64,000 nt of DNA from Raillietiella orientalis. Taxonomy: Eukaryota. The stretch lies in assembly GCA_036172245.1 (NCBI GenBank), contig JAYWIR010000015.1, positions 620,001 through 684,000 on the forward strand, given 5' to 3'. The notes beneath the pieces were generated by a model, which was not told where the DNA came from, ran no database searches, and saw nothing but the letters and a program-made list of their open reading frames with translations. Position numbers and translations under genes: made by a program. Position 1 is the stretch's first letter, and each line of letters begins with the position of its first letter. Of this stretch, positions 1 to 12,260 are shown piece after piece.

Positions 1-3
1 GTT

Positions 4-2252
4 ATGAGTTTGATATTTCGAAAAGACGTGTCTGGAGTGTCATGCGTTTTGCTGACGTACATCGTCTTGATTTATGCAGATTATGTTGTAATAAAATGGA
101 TAATATTAGATGGGATGGGTAACAGGTACAAATTTTGTTGCTTTCTTGTGTTGTTCGGAAATCTTTAACTCTTGACGTGTGGTTCATGACTGTTGGGGAT
201 TTGCATTCGATGAGAAAAAAAATTGCCCCACAAATTCTCAGGTTCCTAATGTGCATCACATAGTGGAAGAGTAATGTGTCATATGTGTGTAGTGGGTCTA
301 AATGAGGACGATTCCATGGTTCGGTAAATTCTGCGTATGATACTGCTGTTAACGCGTTTTTTTTTTTTAAATTTGAGGTAGGAGACCATACCTATCCAAG
401 TACTCATTCAGACGTATTTTCTTTTGTATGTGAATATTGGAAGAATTCTGTATGAAGTTATATCAGTTAGGTCTCATGAGGTATAAGTCATGAAATTTTT
501 GTACAGTTGCAGAAGCAGATTGAAAATCCATTTTATAATGAGGAGAAAGTGAGTAATGAAGAAAGACAACGGTGACATGTAGGAAACTTGTGAAGATCCC
601 AAGGAAGTTATTTACAAGCTCGTGCAATGCCTTTTGAATGTGATGAAATTTGGTGGAATATAAGAAGTAATAAATTTCATTCATCATGAACGTTGAGCAT
701 TGACTGGTGTTTTGTCACCCATTGTTCTAGTGTTTCATGTGACAAATTTGGGAAATATGAAAACAGCAGCAGCCGAATCTTTTAAGTTGATCTGCCTATG
801 TACTGTTTATTGGTGGCTGAGTAATGCTGAAAATAGTAGTCGTATATATAATTGTTTACAGCCAATGTACTTGAAGTTCTTGTAAAACTTACAGTCTGTA
901 TAAGTCAAAAATGAATGGAATAATGGCATTTGAAAGAGCTTCCATTTTGAAAGCATGAGTAACCAATTCGAAACCATATTTATTTGCTGGCCAGGAATGA
1001 TATACTCATTTCAAAATTACATGAATAAGCTTCCCTGCAAATATTGCTTTTAAATTCAAATGTATGAAATGAAGGAAGTTAAATCCAAAAAGGAAACATT
1101 GCTTCAACTGTGTGTATGGTTTCAGAAATATAGTTTTGCTGTATTTGCTCTCATGTTGGATATGGTGAAGAGTTTTGTTGTAACTGAATATTTTTGGTTT
1201 GTTGTGATGTAAATTTTGTACGGAAGGTTATATTAGCATTTGAAGTGAGCTTTTTGTAGTGGTTTAGTGTCGAAGTCAGTTCAGAGTCTAAGAGTGTGGC
1301 ATTGAAAATTTTCAAATACATATTTGAATAGTTATAAACATAACGATGTAGTTGAACCCTTCTGCATATCAAAATTTGTAATGTATTTAATGTATTATGT
1401 GTCTTAATAAATTTGTAATTAGCTTGTGGGGAACACTAAATGGTGTAATGTTCAATGGTCTGATGATTATATTGTTGACTTCTCATACCCGAGCAATAAT
1501 CACAGATCCTGGAGTTGTACCCCTCCCCAAAGTGAGACTAGATTTTTCTGATTTTCATTCAGGTATTGAAGTCTTTATTTTTGATGATAATGTGAGACTT
1601 CTTAATTCACGAATCGATGTATTTCAGGACAGAAATGCAATAGTGAGAAGGAATGGACAGTATGTAATCGCTGTGAGATGTATCGCCCTCCAAGAGCTCA
1701 TCACTGTCGGGTTTGCCAAAGATGCATTAAACGAATGGACCACCATTGCCCTTGGTAGTAAAAGTTGTAATTCCTATTTGCATGTAAATCAGCGTGATCC
1801 AGGATCAACAACTGTGTTGGCGAGCAGAATCAGAAATTTTTCATTCAGTTCCTGGTTTATGTCTCCCTTCTAGCTGGTTATGCACTTATTTTAATAGCTG
1901 CAACTTGGCTATCTCCATGTGACCACTGTAGTCAAGACTTGTCATCCAGACAGCATAAATTGTGAGGATATATTATGTGCTCTAGATTTTTTTTTTTTTT
2001 TTCAGATTTCATTCCATTCTGCTTGCTCTTCAGAGTCTTGTCTTTGGCCTTTTCTCAACTCTGATCTTATGGGATCAATTGTATGCTATTTTCACAGATC
2101 AGACTACAGTTGAACAGCTACAAAATCGGCCACATCAGCACTGCCGCTCTCGGCGAATTTTACTGAGAGAAGTCTTTGGCCATAATCATCCTTGTTGTTG
2201 GCTGTGTCCTTGTGACAGCAAACCTTTAGGTCATCATAATCTTCACATCTAA
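4..2252 (+). CDS. ZDHHC3: DHHC palmitoyltransferase, ZDHHC3/7-like, 5 exons, 264 aa
   Basis: Exons 4-125, 1423-1562, 1628-1754, 1803-1961 and 2006-2252 total 795 nt; all introns are GT-AG and phases are consistent. The translation has N-terminal TM segments ([28 protein letters not shown]), TDPGVVP, the Cys-rich domain [44 protein letters not shown] and the TTxE motif (DQTTVEQL). The ZDHHC3/7 subfamily call is from recalled similarity, not a search. Confidence 0.93.
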
Positions 2253-2718
2253 TGGGTGACAGATTGCTATTACAAGTCAGCTTCCTTGCATTGGTTTGGA
2301 GTTATGGCATATTCATGCATATGAGAGAGATTTGCTCTCTTGACAAGGCTACCACCGCCATTTGCTTTCTGCGTTATCAGCATTAGGATTTTAACGATGA
2401 TCCAACATCCATATGTTGTAAAATGCCAGTTGTGATAAATGACTTCTGCAGATATGCAGAGTTGAGCCAGAAGTACAGAGTGGAGCTTTTGCTACTATAT
2501 TTAGACATTGAAGGATAACAACAGCATATGGATAGGGGAAGAATACTAGTCAGTATGTCGCACAATTTGTCCGAAATAGCGAGGTATATGCTGTGCAGGC
2601 ACATTCAGGGCTGTATTTCAGGTATTGCACATGAACATGCCTCTGCTTGCATAGCAATTTTGTATCTTAAGTTAAAAATTAAAAAGTGTATGCAGCATCC
2701 GGTATCAGGTCAGGAAAT

Positions 2719-2756
2719 AATAAATAAATTATGACCAATGTCAGTTTCAATTTATT
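2719..2756. terminator. Facing polyadenylation signals of the two convergent genes
   Basis: AATAAA on + at 2719-2724 and 2723-2728, downstream of the ZDHHC stop. AATAAA on - at 2751-2756, about 44 nt after the icarapin-like stop. Confidence 0.55.
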
Positions 2757-2799
2757 TTACCAAAGAAAACCTCTTGTTTAGCCATAAGCCATGAGGTTT

Positions 2800-3702
2800 T
2801 CAAGGTTCTTCCTTTATTTCTACATCAGTTATCTCGTTTTCGTTTATCTCATTTTTTGAGGGATCTTCTGTATTTCCTGCCTCCGTTTTGTTTAAAGGCT
2901 GTTGAAACAAGTGTAATACTTTCAGATGTACGAAGCTTGCAGACGAATTCGTCTTATTCTTGTGGACTGTCTCCCGCACTTGCACGATATTGCCATCAGC
3001 ATCAGTCTGCCAGATTTTTTAGTCACCAAACTGCCCTTAAAGCTGATCGCTTACCTTATTGTAAACCTTAGTGCCATTGTACACGTCTGGTAGCTTGGAA
3101 AGATCTATACCTTCAGGATCGTTATGAGAAGGTACTGGGGAGATTTGTGGTCCAATGGGATACAAGGGATTTCTCAACATATTCAACAGCATTCTCAGCT
3201 GATTGCTCACTTGATTGAATTGACGATTTGCATCAAAGCTATCTACATTAAGGGTGAGAAACAAGAAAACAAACATTACTAGCCTTCTAGCATAGTGCTG
3301 TCTTCAAAATCAAATGGCCTAAACAACGGTCTTGTGAACCAAGGGCGCAACGAAAAAAACGGAAAGGGAAAGCTGCTTCCTTGATTCCTCTCTATGATCA
3401 CCACTGGCGCGCTAGGTCCTTTCGTGTTGACTGCTCGGTTCCCCAGCGTGGGAACCTGTTCGATCGTCTTTGATTCGGGAACTCCTTCATCCTCCTCGAC
3501 TTCCGAAGCCTCCCGCTGTCCGGACAAAGGCACAAACTCCAACACTTCAGGAATCTCGCGGCGGTATCGACCTAACCCCCCAAATACACCGGTACAGAAA
3601 CCACGCCGCGCGAGTGTGGCTGCCGCCGCTGCCACCACACTTACTATAACTGAGGCTGGAAGCCAGCACCAGGACGCAAGCGAACAGCACGAGCCTAATC
3701 AT
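2800..3702 (-). CDS. Secreted icarapin-like (venom carbohydrate-rich protein family-like) glycoprotein, 4 exons, 246 aa
   Basis: Exons 3702-3645, 3571-3280, 3238-3055 and 3006-2800 total 741 nt, GT-AG, phases consistent. It has a signal peptide MIRLVLFACVLVLASSLSYS, a furin-type site RYRR, several NxT/S sites and an acidic tail. The segment IDLSKLPDVYNGTKVYNKTDADGNIVQVRETVHKNKTNSSASFVHLKVL resembles the icarapin core as I recall it. The gene model is firmer than the family label. Confidence 0.8.
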
Positions 3703-3737
3703 CGTCGCACGCCCTCACGCACAACGCAATTAAACGA

Positions 3738-3771
3738 AACTGACCGAAACGCCTGACTTCTGTTATTTATA
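3738..3771 (-). promoter_or_regulatory. TATA box plus initiator core promoter of the icarapin-like gene
   Basis: On the minus strand, TATAAATA lies at 3771-3764 and the arthropod-type Inr TCAGTT at 3743-3738. The first T of the TATA box is 30 nt from the Inr A (3741), and the ATG follows at 3702. Confidence 0.75.
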
Positions 3772-5199
3772 GTGTTACCGAAATCGAGAGCGCATGATCT
3801 GTATTCTACCAATCACCGTTTCGATTTACGAGAAAATTTCTTGTCTTTGTTTAATTGGCATTAACGTGACACCAATTCTCGGGAACTGCGTTACTCGGTT
3901 TTTGCTTGGGCAGCAGCGTGCCGCTGGAGTGGTCGGTGGAAGATGCCGTCATCGAAGGTGAAGCGAGCGGTCGCTCCGGGAGAGACGTGTCAGCATTCCG
4001 CCGGTGGACCGCTCTGCTGCTCTCTCCGGTGCCTCTTGGGAAGACGGGGGGGATTTCCCGGGAACAAATGGGGCTGCCGCCGCGTGCTGGAATCTTTCAG
4101 CCCACCCCTCCGCTGCATCGGGATCGGCGGCTCCCAGGAGGTTCTTGCAAGAGCTGCAATTGGCAAATTACAAACTTGGAAGCGCCTTCATAGGTCGACT
4201 TGCAGTTTTGCAACATCCGCCTCGTTACGAACCCATAACTTCCATCAACAGTGTTCGTTCCGTTTCTAGGAAATCGCTTCATTTTTCGTTTTTCTCAAAG
4301 CAGCGTCAGCACAAAACATGGAACACAGTACAATGATGTACATAACATAAACGCAACGAAAGCACGCGCATAATAAGGAACATTCGAATGAATGTGTCGC
4401 TAGCCTCGGGCGAAATTTCCGATGCACATTGTTTGTGTTGATCGTTGATGCGGTGCGCCACGTGCAAAAAAAAAAAATGATAATTCATGCTTCTTTTCTT
4501 TTCCTTTCTTTTTTTTTTTTTTTTTTAGGGAAGACCCAGAAAGCAGCAGATTTGACCCTTCCTCGTGCAGTCTACTTAAAAGGGCTCGTCTCGATCCCAA
4601 AAGGTGTTTGTTTTTGGCACCTTGACACGCTCGGTTCTTTTTGCTTTGATCTTCTCAAGATTCAATGTTTATGCGGACGGGGGGGGGGGGCAAGAAGAAG
4701 AAGAAAAACAAAAAAGGAAGGAAAAGAAAAAAAAAAAGCGGAGACTATTATTATACTTCCCGCGACAACGTATCGCAACCGTTGAGTTTATGATGTATCT
4801 TTCGCTGAAAATTCAAAACGTAATCAAAGAACACAGGAAATCAGTTTGCAAGTCCAGCGCGGTGTAACGGTGAATATATCACGCATGCGATGATGGTAAC
4901 TAAATTCAGCGTGGTGGGGGACGTGTCGGATGTGCGTCCGAAAAGGGTATTTGAACATTCATTTCATATATGCGCGCTCACCCGCGCAACCGCGGCAAAC
5001 ACGTACAACACGCAACTATCGCAGGCACACATGTGTGTGATGTATCCAATTGCCTGCTGTGTAACATGAAAGGTGTACCACTGGTGTGTGTGCGCGTAAA
5101 CCCTAGGGGCTTTTTTAGGCGTCCGATTCTTCCTCGCTTGCTCTTCTCCCGAAATTTCCCCTGCTGAGCCCCGAGCACTTCTCGGCAACCTGATGCGAA

Positions 5200-6180
5200 G
5201 CATCCCGCTCGGTGGCGATCTCAAGCCGCTGCGCCAGGGGGGGGAAGGACGCTCTGGGAAGCCGGCGTTGGGATGCGGGTGCACTTTTCGCGAGGGGCGG
5301 AAAAGCAGATGGCCGCCCGACGCTCCTCGCTGTCCGCCGCGCCCCCATCCGGCCTGGATGCGGCGCTAGTGGAGGCGTTTCGGACCCTTCGCCACGGATT
5401 CCAGAGCTCAAGCGGAGGAGGAGAAGCAGCGGAAGGGAAGGGCGAAGGGGGAGGGGAGGGGGATGCAAGAGCGTCGCTTCGGAGTGGTCCCACTGACTAG
5501 CGCCATCGGCGAACGACCCGGAGCGGTGCGGCTGTGGAGCTACCATCTGGATTGGAAAGGAGGATGTGCCGTCGTGTATCATTCTCAACAGCCTTCGCCT
5601 TTCTTCGGGGTTCGTTTCGTCGATCAGTTCCGCCGCCAGTTTTGACTGTAGGGAGGCGGGGGATGGGGGTGGGGGGCAAAGCTTGTTCCCGGTGGCATTC
5701 AGTCTCGAGAGCCGCTCCCACTGAATCGGGGAACCATCTCTCCGGTGCGCAAGCCGAGAGCGGAAAGGGACAAAGAAGGGAGAATGGTCGTGGCGCTGGG
5801 GCTGCGAATCGCCACGTCACGGCGAAGGGGAGGAGGAGGCAACCGGTATGTGCTGAGGAAACGCGCTCCGTGAGGTGGTGGCGGCCCCGCTCGGGGAAGG
5901 AGGGGAAGGGGGGGGGAGCCGCAAATCCGGATGGCTGTGCATCCGTCCCTCCGGGGAACCGCGAGAGAGACAGCCGAGGAAGGGGGAAGAACCTCTCCAT
6001 CAGGGAGGGGATCTTGCAGGATACGTTGCGAGGGCCGGATCCGTAAGCCGTAGCTTCGGGGTGGCTTCGGGACACCAGCTCTTCCCTCCCACAAGGCAGC
6101 AGCGGAAGAACGAATGATGGCGGCTGATTAGCCCACCTCCCGGGTCCTCGCGAAAGAGAGGGTCTCTGTAGCCGCAGCAG
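5200..6180 (+). mobile_element. Decayed Ty3/Gypsy pol (reverse transcriptase) remnant
   Basis: Degenerate motifs occur in the expected order across frameshifts: KADGRPTLLAVRRAP (P.F...R.VP), VASEWSH (SEWA.P), GAVRLWSY (G.VR.CGDY), RWHSVSRAAP (RLPFG..SAP) and PPTRQQRKNE*W (PL..LL.K...W). Boundaries approximate. Confidence 0.45.
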
Positions 6181-6187
6181 GCATCCG

Positions 6188-7087
6188 ATGGGTGTGGAAG
6201 TCAGGGGGCTCCAACAGTGGGTTTCCTGCGAGAGGAAGGTCTGGTCCGACCAGCGTTCCGTCCGCGTGCGCGGACGACGACCGCACCCTCAACGACGATG
6301 CGCGCAGCTCCTCGCCTCTCCCGCCCGCACACGGCGGCGGCGGTAGCGAGCGGTGCGCAGCACACAGGCGCGCTCGGGGTGGCCGCGGCTGCCGAACCAG
6401 CCAGCACCCCGGCCCACGACCTTCCTCAGCTCCCTCGCCCTCGCACCGGCGAGACGGTCGCTGCTAGTCCGCACCGAGCCCTGGAAGACGCGCCGGCGTT
6501 CGCAAGACCGGTGCGCAACCCGAGGAGCGGCGGCGGTCGTTCCGGGGCATCTCAGGCCACGACCGAGCGAGCGAGCGAGCGAAACCAGAAGTAGGACGAA
6601 AAGAGGCTTCTTCGCCGCGCCTTCCTCCCGTCCTACGCCGACTCGCCGCCGGCGACCGCCGAGCCGAGGGGGAGGGGAAGGGAGGGAAGCGTGACGCCGC
6701 CTTGCTCGTCCGCGCGGCCATCCGAAGGCGCCGCGCCTGGCGACGTTCCAGGCCTCCTTCTGCCAGAGGAGCTGCCGAGTGGGGGCGGCTTGCGGGAGGG
6801 AACGGCTCCCCTTCCCGCCGCGGACGGCTGATCCTGCTCCCCGCCTCGAGCTGCGCGGCGAACCGGCCCGCTCCCTCCCGGCAGCAGACCGGCGCGCTCC
6901 GGGTCGTTTCGGGAAGCCGCCGGTTGCGAGAACAATGGACGAGTCCGAGGACGTGGGGCGGCGGCGCCGGGGACGGAAGGTGGTGCGTGCGCTCAGGAGC
7001 CGCCGCGGACACGCCAAAGAACGGTCCTGTGCAATGGAGGGAGCTGGGAAAGGTCTCCGGGAGCTCGAGTGGGCAACTCCTTTCCAA
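6188..7087 (+). repeat. GC-rich dispersed repeat, copy A1 (inverted copy at 31316-32093)
   Basis: Direct sequence comparison: the reverse complement matches 31316-32093 almost base for base. The supplied ORFs 6289..7017(-) and 31230..32189(+) share a long near-identical peptide. Confidence 0.95.
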
Positions 7088-7899
7088 AGGACAGGTGCTT
7101 CCAGCAGGGGTGGAGAGGCTGTCTGCCAAGAAGAGCGGCTGGGGTCGGTCGGAGTGTCGGTCTGGGCGACCCTCCTTTCTCCGATCAGGTGCCCACTCGC
7201 CGAAGAGCTGCTACAGAGCAGGAGGAATCCCTCTCGAGCCTGGGGCGCCCGCGGTGGCCGCAGATGAGGTGTCGAGGGATGCCCGCGCTTCCTCCCCTGG
7301 CCGAAAACTCCTGCTGCCCCGTCAGCAGCAGCACCGATCCCGTCCAGGGACTCACGGTGCTAGGGTGTCGGGCGCAGCTTCCCCGTTTCCCCCTTCTTCC
7401 TCGAGGGACCGAACCGGGGGCGCGTTTCCGCGGGCTCGCGACGACGGAAGTCCTGGTGCATGAGGCAGCGGTCGCGCTCCCCAGAGTCAGACCGCAAGAG
7501 GAGCTGGGCAAGTGCTGCTGAGGTCACGGGCGGCGAAGGTGACTCCTGGGCGCACCCGTGTTCCCGGACGGGGGATGCGGCTTGGGAGGGACAAGAGTCT
7601 CGCCGGTAACTGCGCCCCGGAGGGAGGGATCAACCAGGGGCGAGCGCCTGTCCGCGAGAGACGGAAAGCCGGAGCAGGGCGGGGGCACCTCGCAGACAGG
7701 AAGGTGAAAGTTCCGAAGCGAAGAGCGAGGAGTCCGCCGCAGGAGCGACGGCGCTGCCAGTGGCCCCGTAGGTGCCGAGGGCCTGAGACCCCTCCGTCCC
7801 CTGGAAAGGATCGCTGGGAATGGCGAGGTTGCTCCTGGGAGCGCCCTGGGCTCGCGGAAGGACCACTTCCGACGGACCACTCCAGCAGTCCGTCTCTTC

Positions 7900-8712
7900 T
7901 CCCCTTCCCGCTTCCAGTAGAATGTTCGTCGCCTGCTCCCGGGTCATCGGTTGCCCGGTACGATCTTTCCTTTCGAGGCCCACCTTCCTCTCGCAGTGTC
8001 CTACAAAGGGGACACCTGTCAAGCTCCCACTCGGGAATCGGGAAGAAGGCGGAGGCATAGGTGCGTGTCCCGGGATCCGAAGGGGGGGGAGGGAAGGAGG
8101 CGGCCTGCCCGAACTGCTTTGGACGCGGGTGCCAGCAGGAGCCCCGGGATATGCTCGCAGTCCCCCTGGGCTCGGAGACTGGGACTTCCTGCTCCACGCC
8201 TCCAGGAGCCACCCGCATCCGGATACGGGAAGCGAAACAGCTCGTTTTTCCCTTTCTCCTCATCCCTTCCGGAGGACTCGAAGGCGACTTCCAGAAGCAT
8301 CCCTCCCCCGGAAGAAGGCAGTGCCTGTCCCACGCTTGGCGCGTGCGCCGCTGCTGGAAGTCACGTGTCCAGCATCGCCACGCTCCCAGGCTGTTGGAGG
8401 GAGGAGGAGGGGGCGGGAGGGAAGTGAGCTCGAACGCCCCCGGAGGCCTTTCCCAGATTTCCCCACCACACGGGACCGTTCCTCCACGTGCCCGCAGCTC
8501 CGGGAGTCCCAGCCTCCAAGCCCAGGGTGACCGCGGGCGCATCCCGGCGCTTCTACTGGCACCCGCGTCCACGAGCGCGCGCACCCTCCGTACCCTGGAA
8601 CCGCCGTCCCATACGCGCGCTGAGCCTTCGAACTCGTCCGCTCCTCTCGAAACCGGCGGCTTCCCAGAATGGCCCTGGGCGCGCCGGTCGGCTGCCGGAA
8701 GGGAGCGGGCCG
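7900..8712. mobile_element. Two tail-to-tail LTR-retrotransposon gag/aspartic-protease remnants; 8428-8712 is a diverged third copy of repeat A
   Basis: The + strand reads RTALDAGASRS...WARRLGL, preceded by LSQCP. The - strand reads RALVDAGASRS...WAWRLGL. Both resemble the retropepsin motif ALVD(T/S)GA..S....A.RLGL. 8118-8190 and 8500-8573 are inverted homologues, and 8428-8712 aligns by eye with 31333-31545. Confidence 0.55.
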
Positions 8713-9099
8713 CGGGCGCGTCCCGGGTCCGAAGTGGACTCTGCTAGGGAGGCAAGGTGCCGGCGTCTTCGGCGACGAGGAGTTGGAGGAGGAGGAGGCC
8801 GGACGAGCAAGGCAGAGGGAGGAGGGTCATCCAGCCTCCCGGGACAACAAAGGCAGCGGGGAACCGCGAGATCGCGCGCCGCGCGCGACCTTGGCTCTGA
8901 TCACGAACCCACCGGCGGCGGGAACTCGCGAAGCCGCCACCGCCTTCTCCGCGCTGTGCATAGGCACGCGTGGTGCAGCAGCAGCAGACACCCGCGGCAG
9001 ACCGCGTGGCGACTGCGAGGGCCACCACTGGATGCGGACGCTGCGCGTGGCCATGTCGAGGGATCGGGTTGGAGTACCAGCGCCTAGGCTTCGACCTTC

Positions 9100-12000
9100 C
9101 AAGTGCAAATGGAGGCGGCTCGCCCCGTCGGTCCTCATTCGTCTCCTCCTCCCTTCCCTGCTCCTTCTCGCGTCTCCAGGGAAAAAGGCAAGAACGAGAG
9201 CGCGCGCCTACCGGCGTTGACCTCTTGGTGGAAGGCTGCTCGGGGCCCCTTTTTCGGCCCGCCCGCGAGCTCCGGCCGTGGCAGCCTGCCAGGGCGTGCT
9301 CGACTCCGTCCGGCGCGTGATGCCGCGGGAATGCGTTCCTCGGCGCATGAGAACAAAGGGACGTGCCCGCCTGGGGCGGCGCTCTGAGATGGCGGCGCGC
9401 CGTCCCGTCCGCTTCCGAGCGCTCAGAGAAGAGAACGCCGCCGCAGGGGCGACCAAACGGGACTGCCCTCTGCCCCTCCTCTCCCCTCCCGCTTTTCCGT
9501 TGAGGATGCGCTGCTTCTCTGTCGCCGAAGCTGCGAGTGTGGTGTGGTTCCCAGGGACAGGGAAAGCCCGTGAGCACCGCGGCGACCCAGAGGACGGGAG
9601 ACCATGGTCGTGCCGGCCTCTCCGACGGAGGAGACGTTTCGGAGTCGACCTTCTCCAAAGAGACCTGCGACCGGACAGGCCGGAGACCTTACATGCCTGG
9701 AGAAAGCGGCGGGGGAAGGACTGAGGGGAGAGGGACTCGCCTTCTTCGGCGCGTCCCTCCCGGAGGGGGATGGGATCGAAGATGCCCATCCTCGCTCCTA
9801 AGAGAACACGCGCGCCCTTGCCGAGAAAGGGGGCCGATGTTCGTCTGTGGCCCCTCCTTCCCAGTTCCTCTCTCTTGCCCTCCCTTCCTCCCCTCCCCCT
9901 CCTTCCTTGCTGCTGTGATCTGCCTGCAGTGAGTCGCCCCGAGGAAAGTCCTGCGCATTACCGAGTGGACGGTGTTCATTCGCGGAGGAAGCCCTCCGGT
10001 CGGGGGGATAGGGTGCCCGACGGAGTCCGGAAGACATCGGCTTCTCGTGAGGAGAGAGCTCTCGCGGGAGAGAGCGGTCCAAAGCTTGGGATGCTGGGGA
10101 GGAGCGTAGCGGCGGATCTCTCGAGACGCCGGGAGATTAGCCAGGAGAGTAGAAGGCAGGAAAAGCGGGGGAGGAGAGGCGACTTGTCCCTCTTCCTTCC
10201 TCCCAGCAGCCCCCCGCCAGCTCCTCTGTCGGCCCGCTGGGGAAGGAACGGTTGTCTCTGGAGCGTCCCTTCCTCTTTGGTCGTCCTTGGCACGCTAATG
10301 GGGGTTTCCGCGCGGGAGGCGGCAGTGGAGGGTGGATGGACGGGGGAGGACGAATGGACGGGCGAGTGCCACGGCGTCCCTACGAGGGGAGCAGTAGCCG
10401 ACACCGCCTTAAAGTGAATTCTCCCCCCCCCCCTCCTCCTCTCCACCCTTCCCCGCCGCTTTTCCCACCGCGGATCGCAAATTCTCGTCGGCGAGGTTCC
10501 AGGGAGACGTGCGGTTCAATTCTTTCCGCTCCTGTTCCTGCGCTCGCGCGACGATCCGACTATCGGGAGGGTGGAAGGGGAGCGCGTCTCCGCAGGCTAT
10601 GCGGACCTCACGGTGACCCAAAGAGGAAGCGACCCCAAGAGAGTCACCCCAGAGGCAGACCTCGTGAGCGCGTGAGGGAACCCAGGCACCCGGCGGCAGG
10701 TCGTCGAGGACAAAGTCAAGGATGAAGCCGGTCACAATCCACGGGCGACGACGTCCAGGGTCAGGCTGGCGGCAGAAGGCATGGCGATGTCTCTAGGGTG
10801 TTCTCTGGGTCAATAGTTCTAGGGACACGACCACAGGTCTCTGCTGGTGCGAGTCCCTTTGCTCTCCCCCTCCCTTCGACTCCCCTTTGGGAGCTTTTTG
10901 CAGGGCGCAGAGGTGCTCTCGGACGGCCATGAGCCGCAGTGCACTCTCTGCGGTTTTCCTAGGTGGACAAGCAAACATTCTTCTACGGCTCGTCGGGGGG
11001 GAAGAGGGTCAGGAGCGTGGATGCCGATCGAGGGCGCGCGCCGTTTCCCGTCCCTTGCCAATTTTCCAGAGGGCGGGACACCAGGCACGACGAAGGGAGT
11101 GCCGACGAGCTCCGCGGTCGAGGCGTGTAGCGGTGGCGACTCTCCCGCGCGGTGTGGGAGGCGAGGGGGAGAGAGATCGGGTAGGAGCCTCGGGAGGAGG
11201 GGGGGGGGGTGGAAGGACGGGGGGGGGGCGCTCCGGCGTCGGGTGAAGCCCTCAAGGCTGGTGGGCCCCGAAGGACGGCGCTACCGGCGGAGGCGACCTT
11301 TTGCAACACGCTGTCGCTTCATCGGGTCCCGCGATCGTGGAAGAGAGGAGGAAGGGGAATGTGGGGGAGGGAGAAGGGCTGATTCACTTAACGGACATGG
11401 GGACACGAAAAGGGAGAGGAGGAAGAAGGGGATAGACAGGGAGTCACGACCTCCCGCACGCGGCAAGGAAGCAGTGGGTTGCGGAAGCTGCATAAAAGAG
11501 CATCCCATAAAAAAACAAGACCGTTCTGGGTAATCCCCATCTGACAGGATGGCTCATTTCCCCCCTCTCCTTTTTGCATTTGCTTCCCCCATCCCCGCTT
11601 TCGGCTAGGTGCCAAAGGTCTTCCCTGATGGGTGTCGACGAGGTCGGACACAATTCTGACCTGACCTTTCGATCCTGCCGCAGTCATCTTCCAGGAGAAG
11701 GGAGAGCGGGTCGGAGTAGACTTTCCAAATCTCAGGGTCCACGGGGAGGCTGCATCTGCTTCGGGATGGCTCCGTTGTGCGCGCGCGTCTGCTCCCCCCG
11801 CCTCGCTTTCCCGGTTTCTCCGGGGAAGGAAGGGGATAGGGGAAGAAAGCCAGGAGGCAGAGCAGAGTGTAGGGTGGGAGTTCTGTGGGGTCAGGCGCGT
11901 GCGCGAGGAGGCTTTAGGTGCTCCACCCCGCAGGCCCTGGTGAGAGTTGTCCATCCACCGACCTCGCTCGTCATCTTTCGGGGACGGATTGCACCCTCAG

Positions 12001-12260
12001 ATATTCTCCCCTCCCGCGTCATGGCGGTACGAGGCTCGCTGGGCCGTAGGGGATGGCCCTATTTCCTCGCTGATGCGAGTCCCTACCCACCACTCCCTGC
12101 TGCCAGAAATCCCCCTACCGCGGCATATCTCGGCCAGGTGGCGGAGATGCGCTACGCGGTCCCCGCAGGTGATGACCAGGGAGTCCTCCGAACTCCTTCC
12201 TGTGGGTCCTTTGCCGTCTCCTGCGAAGAGTCATCGGTCGCGCATGGGTAAAGTACTGAC
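9100..12260 (-). mobile_element. Decayed I-group (RNase H-bearing) LINE ORF2
   Basis: Remnants in the expected order on the - strand: endonuclease VITCGDRVAH (GDFNAH), RT GVPPSGKLA...HLGKP, RDKSPLL...LLLSWL and ADVFRTP (GAFRTSP), RNase H WEPHHTRSFGDREAAH (WVPSH.GI.GNE.AD), and zinc knuckle GVEHALAGC. Many frameshifts. Confidence 0.55.

Noticed and set aside
3900..4340. Divergent gene next to the icarapin-like promoter
   Set aside because: The short overlapping ORFs have no recognisable product or convincing splice sites.
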